Part shown: positions 13,780 through 25,599 of the stretch, piece by piece
Layout of the letters: every line of letters starts with the position of its first letter
How positions within the stretch are numbered: position 1 is the stretch's first letter
Assembly: GCF_009914755.1 (NCBI RefSeq)
Contig: NC_060930.1
Source of the DNA: the human T2T-CHM13v2.0 reference genome, Homo sapiens
Length of the DNA stretch: 64,000 nt
Reading direction: 5' to 3' (one strand)
Notes under the pieces: generated by a model
Databases searched by the model: none
The model's input: the letters and a program-made list of their open reading frames with translations, nothing else
Told to the model about the DNA's origin: nothing
Translations under genes and position numbers: made by a program

Positions 13780-14460
13780 TTTATTTGTTCAACAGATAAA
13801 TTTGAACAGGCACCTTGGCTCATGCCTGTAATCCCAACACTTTGGGAGGCGAGGGCAGGTGGATCACCTGGGGTCAGGAGTTCAAGACCAGCCTGACCAA
13901 CATGGTGAAACACCATCTCTACTAAAAATACAAAAAAAAAAAAAAAAAAAATTAGCCGGGCAAGGTGGCAGGTACCTGTAATCCCAGTTACTCAGGAGGC
14001 TAAGGCAGGAGAATCGCTTGAACCTGGCGGGGCAGAGGTTGGGGTGAGCTGAGATTGCACCACTGCACCCTAGCCTAGGCGACAAAGCGAGACTCTGTCT
14101 CAAAAAAAAAAAAAAGATATTTATTCAGCAAATACTGTGTATCAGGCTCTGTTCTACACACAGGTGATGTGGAATTTGGGAGACAAGCACAGTTCCCAAA
14201 GTCCCTGTTGTAATGGGACTTACATTTACTATGCAGACAGTAAAGAAAACTTTCTCTGGGGAGGCGACATGGGAACTGAATCCTGGACAATAAGAAGGAG
14301 GAGTTGCTGGGCAGAGAGATCAACAAGTACAAAGTCCGAGAGGAAGAAATGAGGTTGGCATATTTGAGATACTAAACGAAAGCCAACCTGGCCACGGCCG
14401 AAGTATGAGAGTAAGGGGGAGAGTGGCATAAGATGAGGTCAGAGAGAACTGAGCGTCAGT
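13780..14460 (-). mobile_element. L2 fragment split by an Alu
   Basis: TTTGTTCAACAGATA[Alu]TTTATTCAGCAAATACTGTGTATCAGGCTCTGTTCTA, the reverse complement of the L2 3' end. Confidence 0.6.
13805..14115 (+). mobile_element. AluS (Sq/Sx-like)
   Basis: Full dimer with an expanded central A-linker and poly(A) tail. Confidence 0.95.
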
Positions 14461-14763
14461 CTAGTTGTTTTTGCACTTTAAAAATACACGTGAAAAAAAT
14501 AGTAAAAATTTAAAACGATGAACAACTCATGATGTCACAAGTATATTACCAGCATGCTTTGACCAGCTAGTCTGACATTACCCGAAGATGAAAATGAACA
14601 AAGGAGTAGCATGACCCTGCCTGATAGACACTATTCTGCTGGATGATTGATGAAACTTAAGGAAAGAAGGGTCACCTGATCTGCAGGCCAAAAATATTGC
14701 AAACATTCTAACATAAAGGGAAATTAAAAATTTTATGTCCTCTAACACAGCAGAAATAAATGG

Positions 14764-14823
14764 TATCTAGATTTCGTTCTTAGGGAGAAACTAGATATCT
14801 AGATTTAGGTCTTAGGGAGAAAC
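14764..14823. repeat. 28-bp direct duplication (period 32)
   Basis: TATCTAGATTT(CGT/AGG)TCTTAGGGAGAAAC at 14764-14791 and 14796-14823, 2 mismatches. Confidence 0.9.
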
Positions 14824-14860
14824 CACTTCATTCATCTAAAAAATTGTCTGTGTCAGAGAC

Positions 14861-15788
14861 TGTGGTATTATTATTACATATATGGGTTTTCATCCATGGC
14901 TAAGAGCTCACAATGCCTACAACCCTTGTTATAGTCCTCTGTCGTGATGCTGGGGCACTTTAGGCCTCAAGAGCAGGACTCAGGAAACAGAATCTCTCTG
15001 ACTTTCTCCTCCTCCTCTTACCCACCCAAGGCAGGAATCTAATCTGATTGTGGGTCAAAAGAACCTCATTCCAGATGGGGTCCTGCCTTGTATTCTGGAG
15101 GAAGAAACGCTGCTCAGAGGTGCCAAGAAGAATCTGAATGGCCGCTCCTTGCTGGGTTTCCCCATTCCGACTATTAGTATGAGATCATACCCTTTTTGTC
15201 CAATCACTGTTCTACACAGTTGTCAATCATGCCTACATAACGAGGTCTCCAAAATAGCCAAGAGGACTGACTAGGCTCAGAGCGTTTCCTCATAGCTCAC
15301 CACGTGGAGGTTACTGGAGGATGGCACGCCCAGGGAGGGCATGGAAACTCCATGCCCCTTTCCCCATACCTCACCCTATGCATTTCTTCATCTGTATCCT
15401 TTGCAATGTCCTTTATAAGAAACCCATAAACACAGTTAAGTGTTTCCCTGAGTTCTGTGAACTGCTCCAGCAAGTTAATCAAATGTAAAGAGGAAATTAT
15501 GGAAACTCCAACTTGAAAACATTTGGCCAGAAGCTCTGGAGGCCTGGACTTGTGACTGGCATTTGAAGGGAGGGGGCCAATCTTGGGGTCTGAGCCATCA
15601 ACCTGTGGGATCTAAAGCTATCTCCCGGTAGACGGTGTTGGAATTGAATCCAAGGACACCCAGCCAGCATCCAGTGCTTCTTGGTGGGAAAAACAAACAA
15701 ACCTACATTTGGTTATAGGAGTCTTCCATGTTGATTGTTATGGTGTTAAGAGCAGAGGGAAAATGAGGTTCTAGAATTTTCTGAAACA
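14861..15788 (+). mobile_element. MER21-family solo LTR
   Basis: TG...CA termini; 5-bp TSD GAGAC/GAAAC; MER21-typical GTGTTTCCCTGAGTTCTGTGA and GAATTGAATCCAAGGACACCCAGC; strand inferred from a degenerate polyA-signal region. Confidence 0.85.
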
Positions 15789-16021
15789 GAAACAGAATGT
15801 CAACCAGAAGTCTGTTCATCTTATTTCTCCCACCTCTTTCTCTTTAGGTAGAAGGGACATATGATTATGACCTCATATTTTTTAAATATTCTAAAAGAGT
15901 GAATGTTGCCAAAAAGCTTTTAGAATAAGGATTTTTAAATCTAGGCTTTGAGAGTTAGTGAAACCTTCTGAGATTGCATATACGATTCTGTACATCCCTG
16001 TGCATCTGTGAGTGTGAAACA

Positions 16022-16287
16022 CTAGAGTGTAGTGGGCTGTAGATTCCGGTAGATGCTGGAGCCACACTGCCTGGGTCCAGATCCCTCTGCTCTTCCTCTC
16101 CTTAGCATGTGACCTTTGACAAGTTTCTTATCTGTACCGGTATCACTTCTTTTGAAAAATGGATATAATAATATTACCTACCTGATAGAATTGTTTTGAT
16201 GCTTAAATGATTCAATGCATAGAAAAGCATATAGTACAGTTTCTGGAACATAAAAAGCATACTGTGTAAGTATCGCTTGTCATTACG
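16022..16287 (+). mobile_element. MIR SINE
   Basis: CTGGAGCCACACTGCCTGGGTCC...TGTGACCTTTGACAAGT...ATAATAATATTACCTACCTGATAG. Confidence 0.85.
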
Positions 16288-16341
16288 TGAATGTTTCTGG
16301 GAAGAAAGTCCGTGCAAAACCCCCTTACCCTTCATTCCAAT

Positions 16342-16394
16342 AAAGAAAGTTAAAAAAAAAAAAAAGAAAAAGAAAAAAAGAAAATAAAAAAAAA
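16342..16394 (+). repeat. A-rich tract
   Basis: Poly(A)/GAAAAA run. Confidence 0.8.
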
Positions 16395-17619
16395 GACTGA
16401 GTACCACAGGAAGGATTATCTTTTAAAGTGGCAATAGACTAACCTGTCGAGGTAATTAACATATCAATCTGCATGTTATTTCCTCTCTGATGATGATATA
16501 TTCAGTATTCTGACCTTGTTTTGGAATCACTACTGCTAACTTCTTACTTTCTTTTGTTATTAATTTTTTTCAGTGTCATATTAAAGATTTTGTTCCAGTA
16601 AAAATAGTAAAAAATGACTTAACCTTGAAATCTACTTCCGACATAGAATTATCTATCATGAAGGAGAAAAAAATTATAGTTAGTTTAAATAGAATTTTTG
16701 AAATAATCTTCAGTTAAAGCAATTATGGCTTTTTAAAAAGGTTCTGTCTGTTGAGGGTTTAATAGAATTTTCTACTGAATTCCAACTCTGGTAACCTTCT
16801 ATGAACTCTAAAATACAGAGCACTTCCCACCAATAATAACCAGACTTGTGCATTTGAGCGTGTCAATGGCTGGTACATGCTGGAAGAGAGCTTTCCAAAA
16901 TGCTAATGGGAGAAGTATTCCTCTGAGTTGAGTTTTCTTTTTCTCTTTGACACTTCCCTGATGCCCAGAACCATGGTGGGGGCCGTGAGTGTTTCTTAAG
17001 CCTATGCACTGTCTCATCTGTGGTTTGAGTTCTGTAGTTGTGATAAAGCTATACAGTGCATGCCTTGGTGCATACAATTTCACAGAAAAAAAAATGAGGT
17101 AAATTGTGGTCAGCTCCCAACAGTCATTTTTCAGTCTATTTAGCACATAATGTCACTGAAATAAAAAAGCATGTGTTTATATGTAGAAACACATGAAAAA
17201 AAAAGTCAGAAAACTACTTAAAATCAAATAGGAATGTCCTATTGAAATCATAGCCAGGGTTAAATAAGCATTCGTGTTCTAGTCTAGGAATCTAACCCTT
17301 TATTTGTCACATTTTCTATAAGCAAAGGCATTTTGTTGTTCAAATCATCAACTTACCAATAAATGTTTAAAACACAAACTTTCTGAAAGCAGGGCGATCC
17401 CTTCACATAAACCTATGTTTCAGCAGATACTCTTCAATGCTTTCTGCCAGTGCACCCCTGCTCCTACCCCCCAATATCCACCTTTCATTTTTACACAGTT
17501 TTGATTTCTAGCATATTTTCCCATGAGTATTCTACTTGATCAGTCATTCTGATTAGTCTGATTGACAATGTTTGGGATCAAATCTGTTCAATTTGTCTAT
17601 ACAACATTGAATGAGGCTA

Positions 17620-18150
17620 CTGTCAACAGGGTCCAAGCAGCAGAATGAAGCCTATTCAAGAATGACCTGAACGATGGCCCTTAGTCCTGGTCCTGGACTC
17701 AACCATCTGAACAAATCCCAGGGACCATTAAGGTCTACCTTATAAAGCCAGGTAACTTTCTTTATAAGTTCCTATATTAACTTTTCCTTTAGATCCAAGG
17801 CAATAATCTAAGTACAGCATGATATATTAGTGATCGCATAGACTGCCTTTGCCTGCAAGGAAGAAGTCTATGCATTACTTATAAACAGCTTGGCCAGTAA
17901 ATTGAGGCTGACCTGGATTCCTTCCAGGGCCAATGTAGTATAATTGATCAATTTAACTAAAGTCAAGGAAGGACAGATTTTGTACCACCTTTTGTAACCA
18001 GAAGGATAGCATCACAGTTTGGGGGAAGGTAGTAAATTAATGCCTCACTCCCACACAAGAGGTACAATTCCAAGCACACACACGGTGACTCTGAAAAGAA
18101 AGTATTGTTTACAAATGTTGGGGTCTCCCAAGTGGGACCTACATTATTCA
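17620..18150 (-). pseudogene. Retroviral env remnant (SU C-terminus plus TM ectodomain, gamma-type)
   Basis: Hand translation across frameshifts: LQKVVQNLS/LTLVKLINYTTLALEGIQVSLNLLAKLFISN/IDFFLAGKG/VYAITNISCCT*I...KVTWLYKVDLNGPWDLFRWL, resembling a heptad, the immunosuppressive domain and a decayed CX6CC. Confidence 0.8.
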
Positions 18151-19099
18151 AAGGGCAGAGGTTGGCAGAGCCTCTGAGGTAGCTTCCTGGCTGGTTGGTA
18201 GGCTTTGGGATTCCTAGTTCTGTTCAAATAATTGAGTCTAGTCCTTGCATTTTGAAGGCGCTTGGTCCCATCTGTCCTGTTTATCCACACCACTATCCAG
18301 GTGGCATTCATCTGTCCCTTGGAATGACTGAGAATGGCTAGGCGGGGGGTGGGGGACATGTGGAGGTCTCTTGCATGGGAGGAGCAGGAACTGAGGCCAT
18401 CTGCTTTTTCCAATAGACTCTCAGCAAGGTTAAGAAAAAAGGCAATCAAATCATGATCAGAATCCTCTGGTAGGGGATGACAGACTGTACGTGGGTTAAA
18501 CGTGAGGCACTTGTAGAAGTTTGGGAGCTCCACATGAGGGCATCTTCCTGCAGGAGAAAGGGCCCGGGGATAATTTTGAAAGACAACATATTATTAATGA
18601 TCCTCTATCTTCTATATGTCCGAAATCTAAAATGCTCCTTGTTGCTGTCTTTCCATTGCCACAGAATGGGAGTGTTCTATTCCAGTATCTATCACATTGC
18701 CTTTATTTCTGATTATCCCCAACCCACACACAAACCTTTTGTCTGGAAGGGTTAGTTACAAGAAGAACAAAGGTATTTTTATAAAACTTAACTAGGATTC
18801 ATTTTGAATCCTCTAGGCTGGCCCTCTTTTGGCCAGGCTTCCACTTGGAGAATGTATCAACCAGCCTGAGCTAGGGTTGCTCTTTGGGGAAAGAAAGACA
18901 CATAATGCTTAGCATGGTCAAGGCGGAATCCTGAATTTTCAAAATATGTCTATGTAATTTCTAACTCCTTTCATCTTGATCATTACCTAAGAAGCAGCTG
19001 AGAAAGGGTGATCCTTTCATGAGGTCAGTGACCAAATTGTCTTCCTATTTTGTATGGGCCAGAGTGTGATGAGGGAGGCAGAGAGAAATCTTTTCAAGC

Positions 19100-20600
19100 C
19101 AATTTTCAAGGAGGCTGATTTACTACTCAATAATACCAGATGCCTCTAAGTGGTAGGGAGCATTGAAAGTCCATTACATACCTTAACTCTCAGCTGACTG
19201 TTGAGCTGATCTTGTAATGAAGGGTACTTCACTGTCAGATTGCAAATGGCCCACAAAGCCAAAAACAAAACACAGATTCATTTTGACAGCCACAGTGTTG
19301 TAGTGGGAGCTAGCTTATTGGACTGGAATGGCAAAACTATAACCCGAAAAAGTTCAACAGTGGTCAGGCACCATCCATAGCTTTCAGAAGGGGCTGGAAG
19401 TCAGATGTAGGCATGAACAATGGCCAATGTGATTTAGCCTTACTCACTATAAAAGAGATGGGTCAACTTTTGGCAGGAATCACAAGTTTGTCATTCAGTG
19501 CATGCCTCTGCATCAGAAATGTAGTGTCCTTTACTCCATAGCCAGTCTATGATGGTGGCTATGTAGCATATCTGGCATGACAATGGATAAAGACAACCAT
19601 GGAGGCAACAGGCTTAATCAGCATCTTGATTCCGGTTGGTTTCTTCAAGGAAAGGGCCCTGTGGAGCTTCCAGCTTTTCCTCAGTTGCAGAGTAGAGGAG
19701 AAAATTCCCCCCATTGGAACAGCTGTTACATTGTCACATAAAGCAAAAATGCATCTGTGACAGACCATATATATCCTCGAATACACCATTTTTATTGGAC
19801 AAATAAAGTTTTATTTGGCCTTTTCCATCTCATTAGTCATGGAGTCTGAGTTAACCAAACCCCAAATGGGAATAACAGACTGCGGAGCCACAAGATCTCC
19901 ATGGGTCAGACATTTCATTTCAACAAGAGCCCAGCAGCAAAACAAGATCTGCTTTTTAAGCAGTGTAGCTGGTAGCCATGTTGGGAAGGTGACAAGTCCA
20001 AAACCCCAAGTGGCCCTCCAGATGGAGGTTGCCTTCCTTTTCCAGGGGCTCTGTTAGAAAAATTCATTAGTCACAGAGACTTGAATCTCAAAGAAATCAT
20101 TAGGGTTGTGGGACCTCAAAGGTAGAGAGCATACTCCATCTTGTTGGACAGTTTCCAGTGCAGCCTATTGGTTTGGTTCCCACTCAAGGATGCTAATTTA
20201 TGGGTTAGCCAGTATGAGGGACCAAGTAGCATGCACAGGTGAGGAATACACTGCTCTATGATTCCAATAAGCTGGGCCTGCTTCATGGTGCTCGGGCTAG
20301 TAGAGGATGCTTTGCTTGCTGAAGAGAATGAGCATTGTGAAGCCAATCACATAGTTCCAAGAATCTTTACTGGGTGAGCAGCTCCCTACATTTGTGACAA
20401 CACTGTAGTTAAGCCATAGAGGCTGAGGCTTCTGGATTGCCACTCAACAGGACATTATATGTACACAGTGGAAGTTCTGGACATTACAGAGTAGAGGCAA
20501 TTGTGCTAAATTCTGAACCAGCTACTGGTGGCAAATGGCAGGGATGTTGACCTTATACTCGCTCCTCTACATGCTTCTCTTCCCCATTAGAAGAATCTCC
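19100..20600 (-). pseudogene. ERV-L-type pol remnant (RT C-terminus, connection/RNase H, integrase)
   Basis: ORF 20116-20346 (PSTMKQAQLIG...IPHLCMLLGPSYWLTHKLAS) resembles ERV-L PTTKKEAQ..IPHLGVLLRPIY.VTRKAAS; KQILFCCWALVEMKCLT near 19900-19960; integrase-like FSGYSFAIPV (~19320-19350) and HLQSDSE (~19225-19250). Confidence 0.8.
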
Positions 20601-20937
20601 TATGACCCTTACAGGGCAAGGAAGTACAAGCTTTTAACTCATCAATTCATCTATACATTTATACAGTGAAGCAATTTTAAAGGCATATTGAATGGACACA
20701 AAGGACTCACTCATAAGGTCACATTAGCCTCTCAACACTCAACACCTAAACCCCCACAAGGTAATCAGAATAGTTCTTCTCTCAGGGATTAGGGCACATA
20801 GCTGATTTTAATTTCAGTGCCTGTATCTGATGGATCCATATAACTTTGATTCTCTGTACTTCTTAGAGTTTCCCTGCATACTCAGAAAGATTTTTTTTTC
20901 AGTCCCCATTGGAGACAAGGAAACCTTGGTCCAATCC

Positions 20938-23216
20938 TGATATGGTTTGGCTGTGTCCCCTCTCAAATCTCATCTTGAATTGTAGGTCCCATAATTCCCG
21001 TGTGTTGTGGGAGGGAACTGGAGGGAGATAAATGAATCATGAGGGGCAGTTTCCCCCATACTGTTCTCGTGGTAGTGAATAAGTCTCATGAGAACTGATG
21101 TTTTTATAAGAGGTTTCCGTTATCACTTAGCTCTCATTCTCTCTTGCCTGCTGCCATGTAAGACATGCCTTTCCACCTTCTGCCATGATCATGAGGCCTC
21201 CCCAGACATGTGGAACTGTGAGTTTATTACACTTCTTTTGCTTTATAAATTACCCAGTCTCCAGTATGTCTTTATCAGCAGTGTGAAAACAGACTAATAC
21301 AGTAAATTGGTACCAGAAGTGGGGTGCTGCTGTAAAGATAGCCAAAAATGTGAAAGTGACTTTGCAACTGGGTTACAGGTAGAGTTTGGAACAGTTTGGA
21401 AGGCTCAGAAGAAGGTAGGAAAATGTGGGAACGTTTGGAACTTCCTAGAGACTTGGAGGGCTCAGAAGATAGGAAGATGTGGGAAAGTTTGGAACTTCCT
21501 AATGACTTGTTGAATGGCTTTGACCAAAATGTTGATGGTGATTTGGACAATAAGATCCAGGCTGAGGTGGTCTCAGACAGAGATGAGGAACTTGTTGAGA
21601 ACTGGAGTAAAGGTCGCTCTTGCTATATAACGAGACTGGTGGCATTTTGCCCCTGTCCTAGATATCTGTGAGATAATTTAGTGTATCTTGTGGAAGAAAT
21701 TTCTTATTGGTAAACTTTTCAAGAGGAAGAAGAGCATAAAAGTTTGGAAAATTTGCAGCCTACTGAGGCAATATAAAAGAAAAACTCATTTTTTGGGAAG
21801 AAATTCAAGCTTGCTGCAGAAATTTGCATAAGTAATGAGGAGCCCAGTGTTAATCACCAAGAAAGTGGGGAAAATGTCTCCCGGGCATGTCAGAGACTTT
21901 TGCAGCAGCCCCTCTCACCACAGGCCTGGGGGGTCTAGGAGGAAAAATGGTTTTGTGGGCCAGGCCCAGGGCCCCGCTACTGTGTGCAGTCTAGGGACTT
22001 GGTGCCCTGCATCCCAGTTCCTCCAGCTGTGGCTAAAAGGGTCAAGGAACAGCTCAGACTGTGGCTCCAGAGGGTGTAAGCCCCACACCTTGGCAGTTTT
22101 CTTGTGGTATTGAGCTTGTGGGTACACAGAAGTCAAGAATTAGGTTTGGGAACCTCCACCTAGATTTCAGAGGATGTATGGAAACACTTGGATGTCCAGG
22201 CAGAAATTTGCTGCAGGGTGCCTCTGCTAGGGCAGTGCGAAAGGGAAATGTGGAGTTGAAGCCTCCTTACAGAGTCCCCACTGGGGCACTGCCTAGTGAA
22301 ACTGTGAGAGGAGGGCTACCATTCTCTACACCCAAGAATGGTAGATTCACTGACAGCTTGCACCATGCACCTAGAAAATCCACAGACACTCAATGCCAGG
22401 CTGTGAAAGCAGCTGAGAGGGGGCCTGTACCCTGGAAAGCTACAGAGGCAGAGTTGCCCAAGGCTGTGGGAGCCTACCTTTTGCATCAGCGTAACCTGGA
22501 GGTGAGACATGAAGTCAAAGGAGATCATTTTGGAAGGTTTAATGACTGCCCTGTTGGATTTTGTACTTCCATGGGTCCTGTAGCCCTTTTGTTTTGGACA
22601 ATTTCTCCCATTTTTAATGGGAGTATTTCCCCAATGCCTGTATCCCCATTGTATCTTGGAAGTAACTGACTTGCTTTTGATTTTACAGGATCATAGGCAG
22701 GATGGACTTGCCTTGTCTTTGGACTGTGTACTTTTGAGTTAATGCTGAAATGAGTTAAGACTTTAGCGTACTGTTGGGAAGGCGTGATTGGTTTTGAAAT
22801 GTAATTTCAAATGAAATATGATTTGAAATGAGATTTGGGAGGCGCCGGGGGCAGAATGGTATGGTTTGGCTGTGTCCCCACCCAAATCTTATCTTTCATC
22901 TCAAATTGTATCTCCCATAATTCCCACATGTTGTGCAGGAATGTGGTGGGAGAGAACTGAACCATGGGGGTGATTTCCCTCATACTGTTCCCATGGTAGT
23001 GAATAAGTCTCACAAGACCTGATGTTTTAATAAGGGGTTTTCCTTTTTGCTTGGCTCTCTAACCTGCTGCCACATAAGATGTGCTTTTCACCTTCTGCCA
23101 TGATTGTGAGGCCTCCCCAGCCACATAGAACTGTGAGTTCATTAAACCTATTCTTCTTTATAAATTACCCAGTTTTGGGTATGTCTCTGTCAGCAGCATG
23201 AAAACAGACTAATACA
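20938..23216 (+). mobile_element. Full-length THE1B/C MaLR element (LTR 20938-21301, internal, LTR 22857-23216)
   Basis: Two THE1 LTRs (TGATATGGTTTGGCTGTGTCCCC...GACTAATACA), THE1-int start GTAAATTGGTACCAG, perfect 5-bp TSD AATCC (20933-20937 and 23217-23221). Confidence 0.95.
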
Positions 23217-23668
23217 AATCCCTAATCATCTTTTTCCTTAAAAAGCTAAAGTCAGGGGAAAGGGAAGAAGGTGATCAGAGGTACTGAGGGGGAGACCAGA
23301 TCCAGGCCAGGAAGCAAGGCACAATGGCTGCTTATGGCTCAACCCAAGGAGCTGCCATGTGTTTCGTCCTCCCAAAGCCTGATTTGGGTTTTGAGGATTT
23401 CTTGACCCTTCCTCCTTCTGCTTGGAAGAGAGGGGCAACAACTACAGCATCATTCAGTTTTTGTTTTTTTAATTTTTAATCCAACTCTTATTGCTCAAAT
23501 TTTAACCATTTATCAACAATAGGGTAGCAGGGGATCCTTACTCCTTCAACCCCTTGGCTCACTACTTGGACAAAAGCATTTGCTTCTGGATTCCACAGAG
23601 TCTTCTCTTATCTCCCAACCTTACCTACAAAGCACTTTCCCCTTTCCCAAAGGTTATGCATTTGCCAC

Positions 23669-23686
23669 ATCCTGTCCGTGTTGCCA
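23669..23686 (-). other. Putative primer-binding site, tRNA-Ser(GCT)-like
   Basis: Minus strand reads TGGCAACACGGACAGGAT about 5 nt after the LTR end; 13/18 match to the recalled tRNA-Ser(GCT) complement TGGCGACGAGGATGGGAT, two mismatches at CpGs. Confidence 0.5.
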
Positions 23687-23691
23687 GAAAC

Positions 23692-24578
23692 ATTCACACA
23701 CTCTAAAGGGTCTGAAATTTTATCATTTTAAACAATTTAGCCTAGTATAGTTTTATCAATATTAGCAGGAGACATGAGACTCCTAGGTCAGAGAAAACAA
23801 CTTTATTACTCATGGCACAGCAGTTAGCATAAGCTTCATGTTCACATTGGTGCCTTATGCCCCTGGTGTCCCACGGAAGTGACACAGAGGGGCCCAGGTG
23901 ATTGCTGTGCATACAGTGGGTTTGTGTCACAGCTGAGGGACCCAGGATTTAGGAAACTCCAATCTCTTATAAGGAGGTGCAAGCGAAACTGTGCAATCAT
24001 TGCTCAAGAAAGAGACATTATCTTTATTATGCTGGAGTGCAAACTTACTCTCTGTTGCAAAGGGAAACACAACCTCTGTCTTCCAAAATTGTTCATTATA
24101 CAAATAGCTTTGTTAAAATAGATCATTGTAAAAGCACTATCGGTTACTAATATTGTTTGGCTCTGTGTCCCCCCCAAATCTCATCATGTAGCTCGCATAA
24201 TTCCCATGTGTTGTGGGAGGGACCTGGTGGGAGATGACTGAATCATGGGGGCAGGTCTTTCCTGTGCTATTCTTGAGATAGTGAATGGGTCTCATGAGAT
24301 CTGATAGTTTTTAAAAACGGGAGTTTCCATGCACAAGCTCTCTCTTTGCCTGACACCATCCACCTAAGATGCGACTTGCTCCTCCTTGCCTTCCGTCTTG
24401 ATTGTGAGGCTTCCCCAGCCACATGAAACTGGGAGTTATTCATTAAACCTCTTTCCTTTGTAAATTGCCCAGTCTCAGGTATGCGTTTATCAGTGGCATG
24501 AAAATGGACGAATACAGTTACTCTGCCCTCAAGATGTGCAGATATATAAGTGATCCATGGAGAATTGTCTCCTTTATA
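23692..24578 (-). mobile_element. LTR40-family 5' LTR, split by a THE1A LTR
   Basis: Minus strand GGAGACAATTCTCCATGG...CTGCACATCTTG...CAGCTGTGACACAAACCCACTG...GAGTAATAAAG...TCTCTGACCTAGGAGTCTCATGTC...TCAGACCCTT matches the recalled LTR40a consensus. Confidence 0.85.
24148..24516 (+). mobile_element. THE1A-like solo LTR
   Basis: THE1 LTR text; perfect TSD GTTAC at 24143-24147 and 24517-24521. Confidence 0.93.
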
Positions 24579-25089
24579 TCTAATTCATAGTGCTATTGGG
24601 ACGATTAAATGAGATAAGATGATTATGAAACATTTAATTAATTAATATTAGTTATCATTCTAACTGATGTTATTTTTATAGAGGAAGATTTACTTTAAAA
24701 AATGGAGTTGATTTAAACATATATTAATTTACTGTTCTATAGTCTTTCGTAAAAGAAATATGACTATGCACACATGCAATGTTGTGAAAGCCAAAAGAAC
24801 TATATATGCCTAAAAATACAAAAATAAGATTCATGTCCTAGTACACAGAAAATTCTAAACATGATCTAAATAAATAAAAAGCAGTTCCTGAAATCTTATA
24901 CTAAATGGGTTTATGCATTTTAATATGGTTAAGTTTTGCCACAGTCATAACAGTTCCAATTGAATGCTTTAAGTTAATAAATAGATAATTAATATAATAA
25001 TTAACAAATGTTTTGCTTAAGAGAGCAGATAAATATGCTTTTTGTTTCCAGAGCCTAAGTGGTGTTTTTAATGGCCTTGTATGTATTAG

Positions 25090-25443
<354 letters not shown>

Positions 25444-25599
25444 CCAAGTTTGGCAATTATTTGTCTAGACCATCTGCTTCCCCCATTTCTAACCCAATTC
25501 CATATCTTAGTCATGGGGACTTAATGTTTTCTAAATTTTTGGTGGGGAAAACAGTACCTGTTTTTGTAGGACCACTTTGTAAGTGAACCTTACTATCCA

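Larger units (their letters stand above)
17520..23691 (-). mobile_element. Decayed class III ERV internal region (HERVL40-like; gag-pol-env remnants), interrupted by THE1
   Basis: ERV-L-like pol peptides, integrase motifs and an env TM on the minus strand, downstream of an LTR40-like LTR and PBS; the 3' boundary is approximate. Confidence 0.8.

Noticed and set aside
16290-16400. AATAAA followed by an A-rich tract (possible processed pseudogene or orphan transduction)
   Set aside because: No TSD and no recognisable parent sequence.
21395-21508. ~55-bp tandem duplication in THE1-int
   Set aside because: I recall it as a common THE1 internal variant, so probably not locus-specific.
22061-22669. 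Longest ORF (202 aa)
   Set aside because: Lies within THE1 internal sequence, has a non-ATG start and reads as a MaLR remnant.
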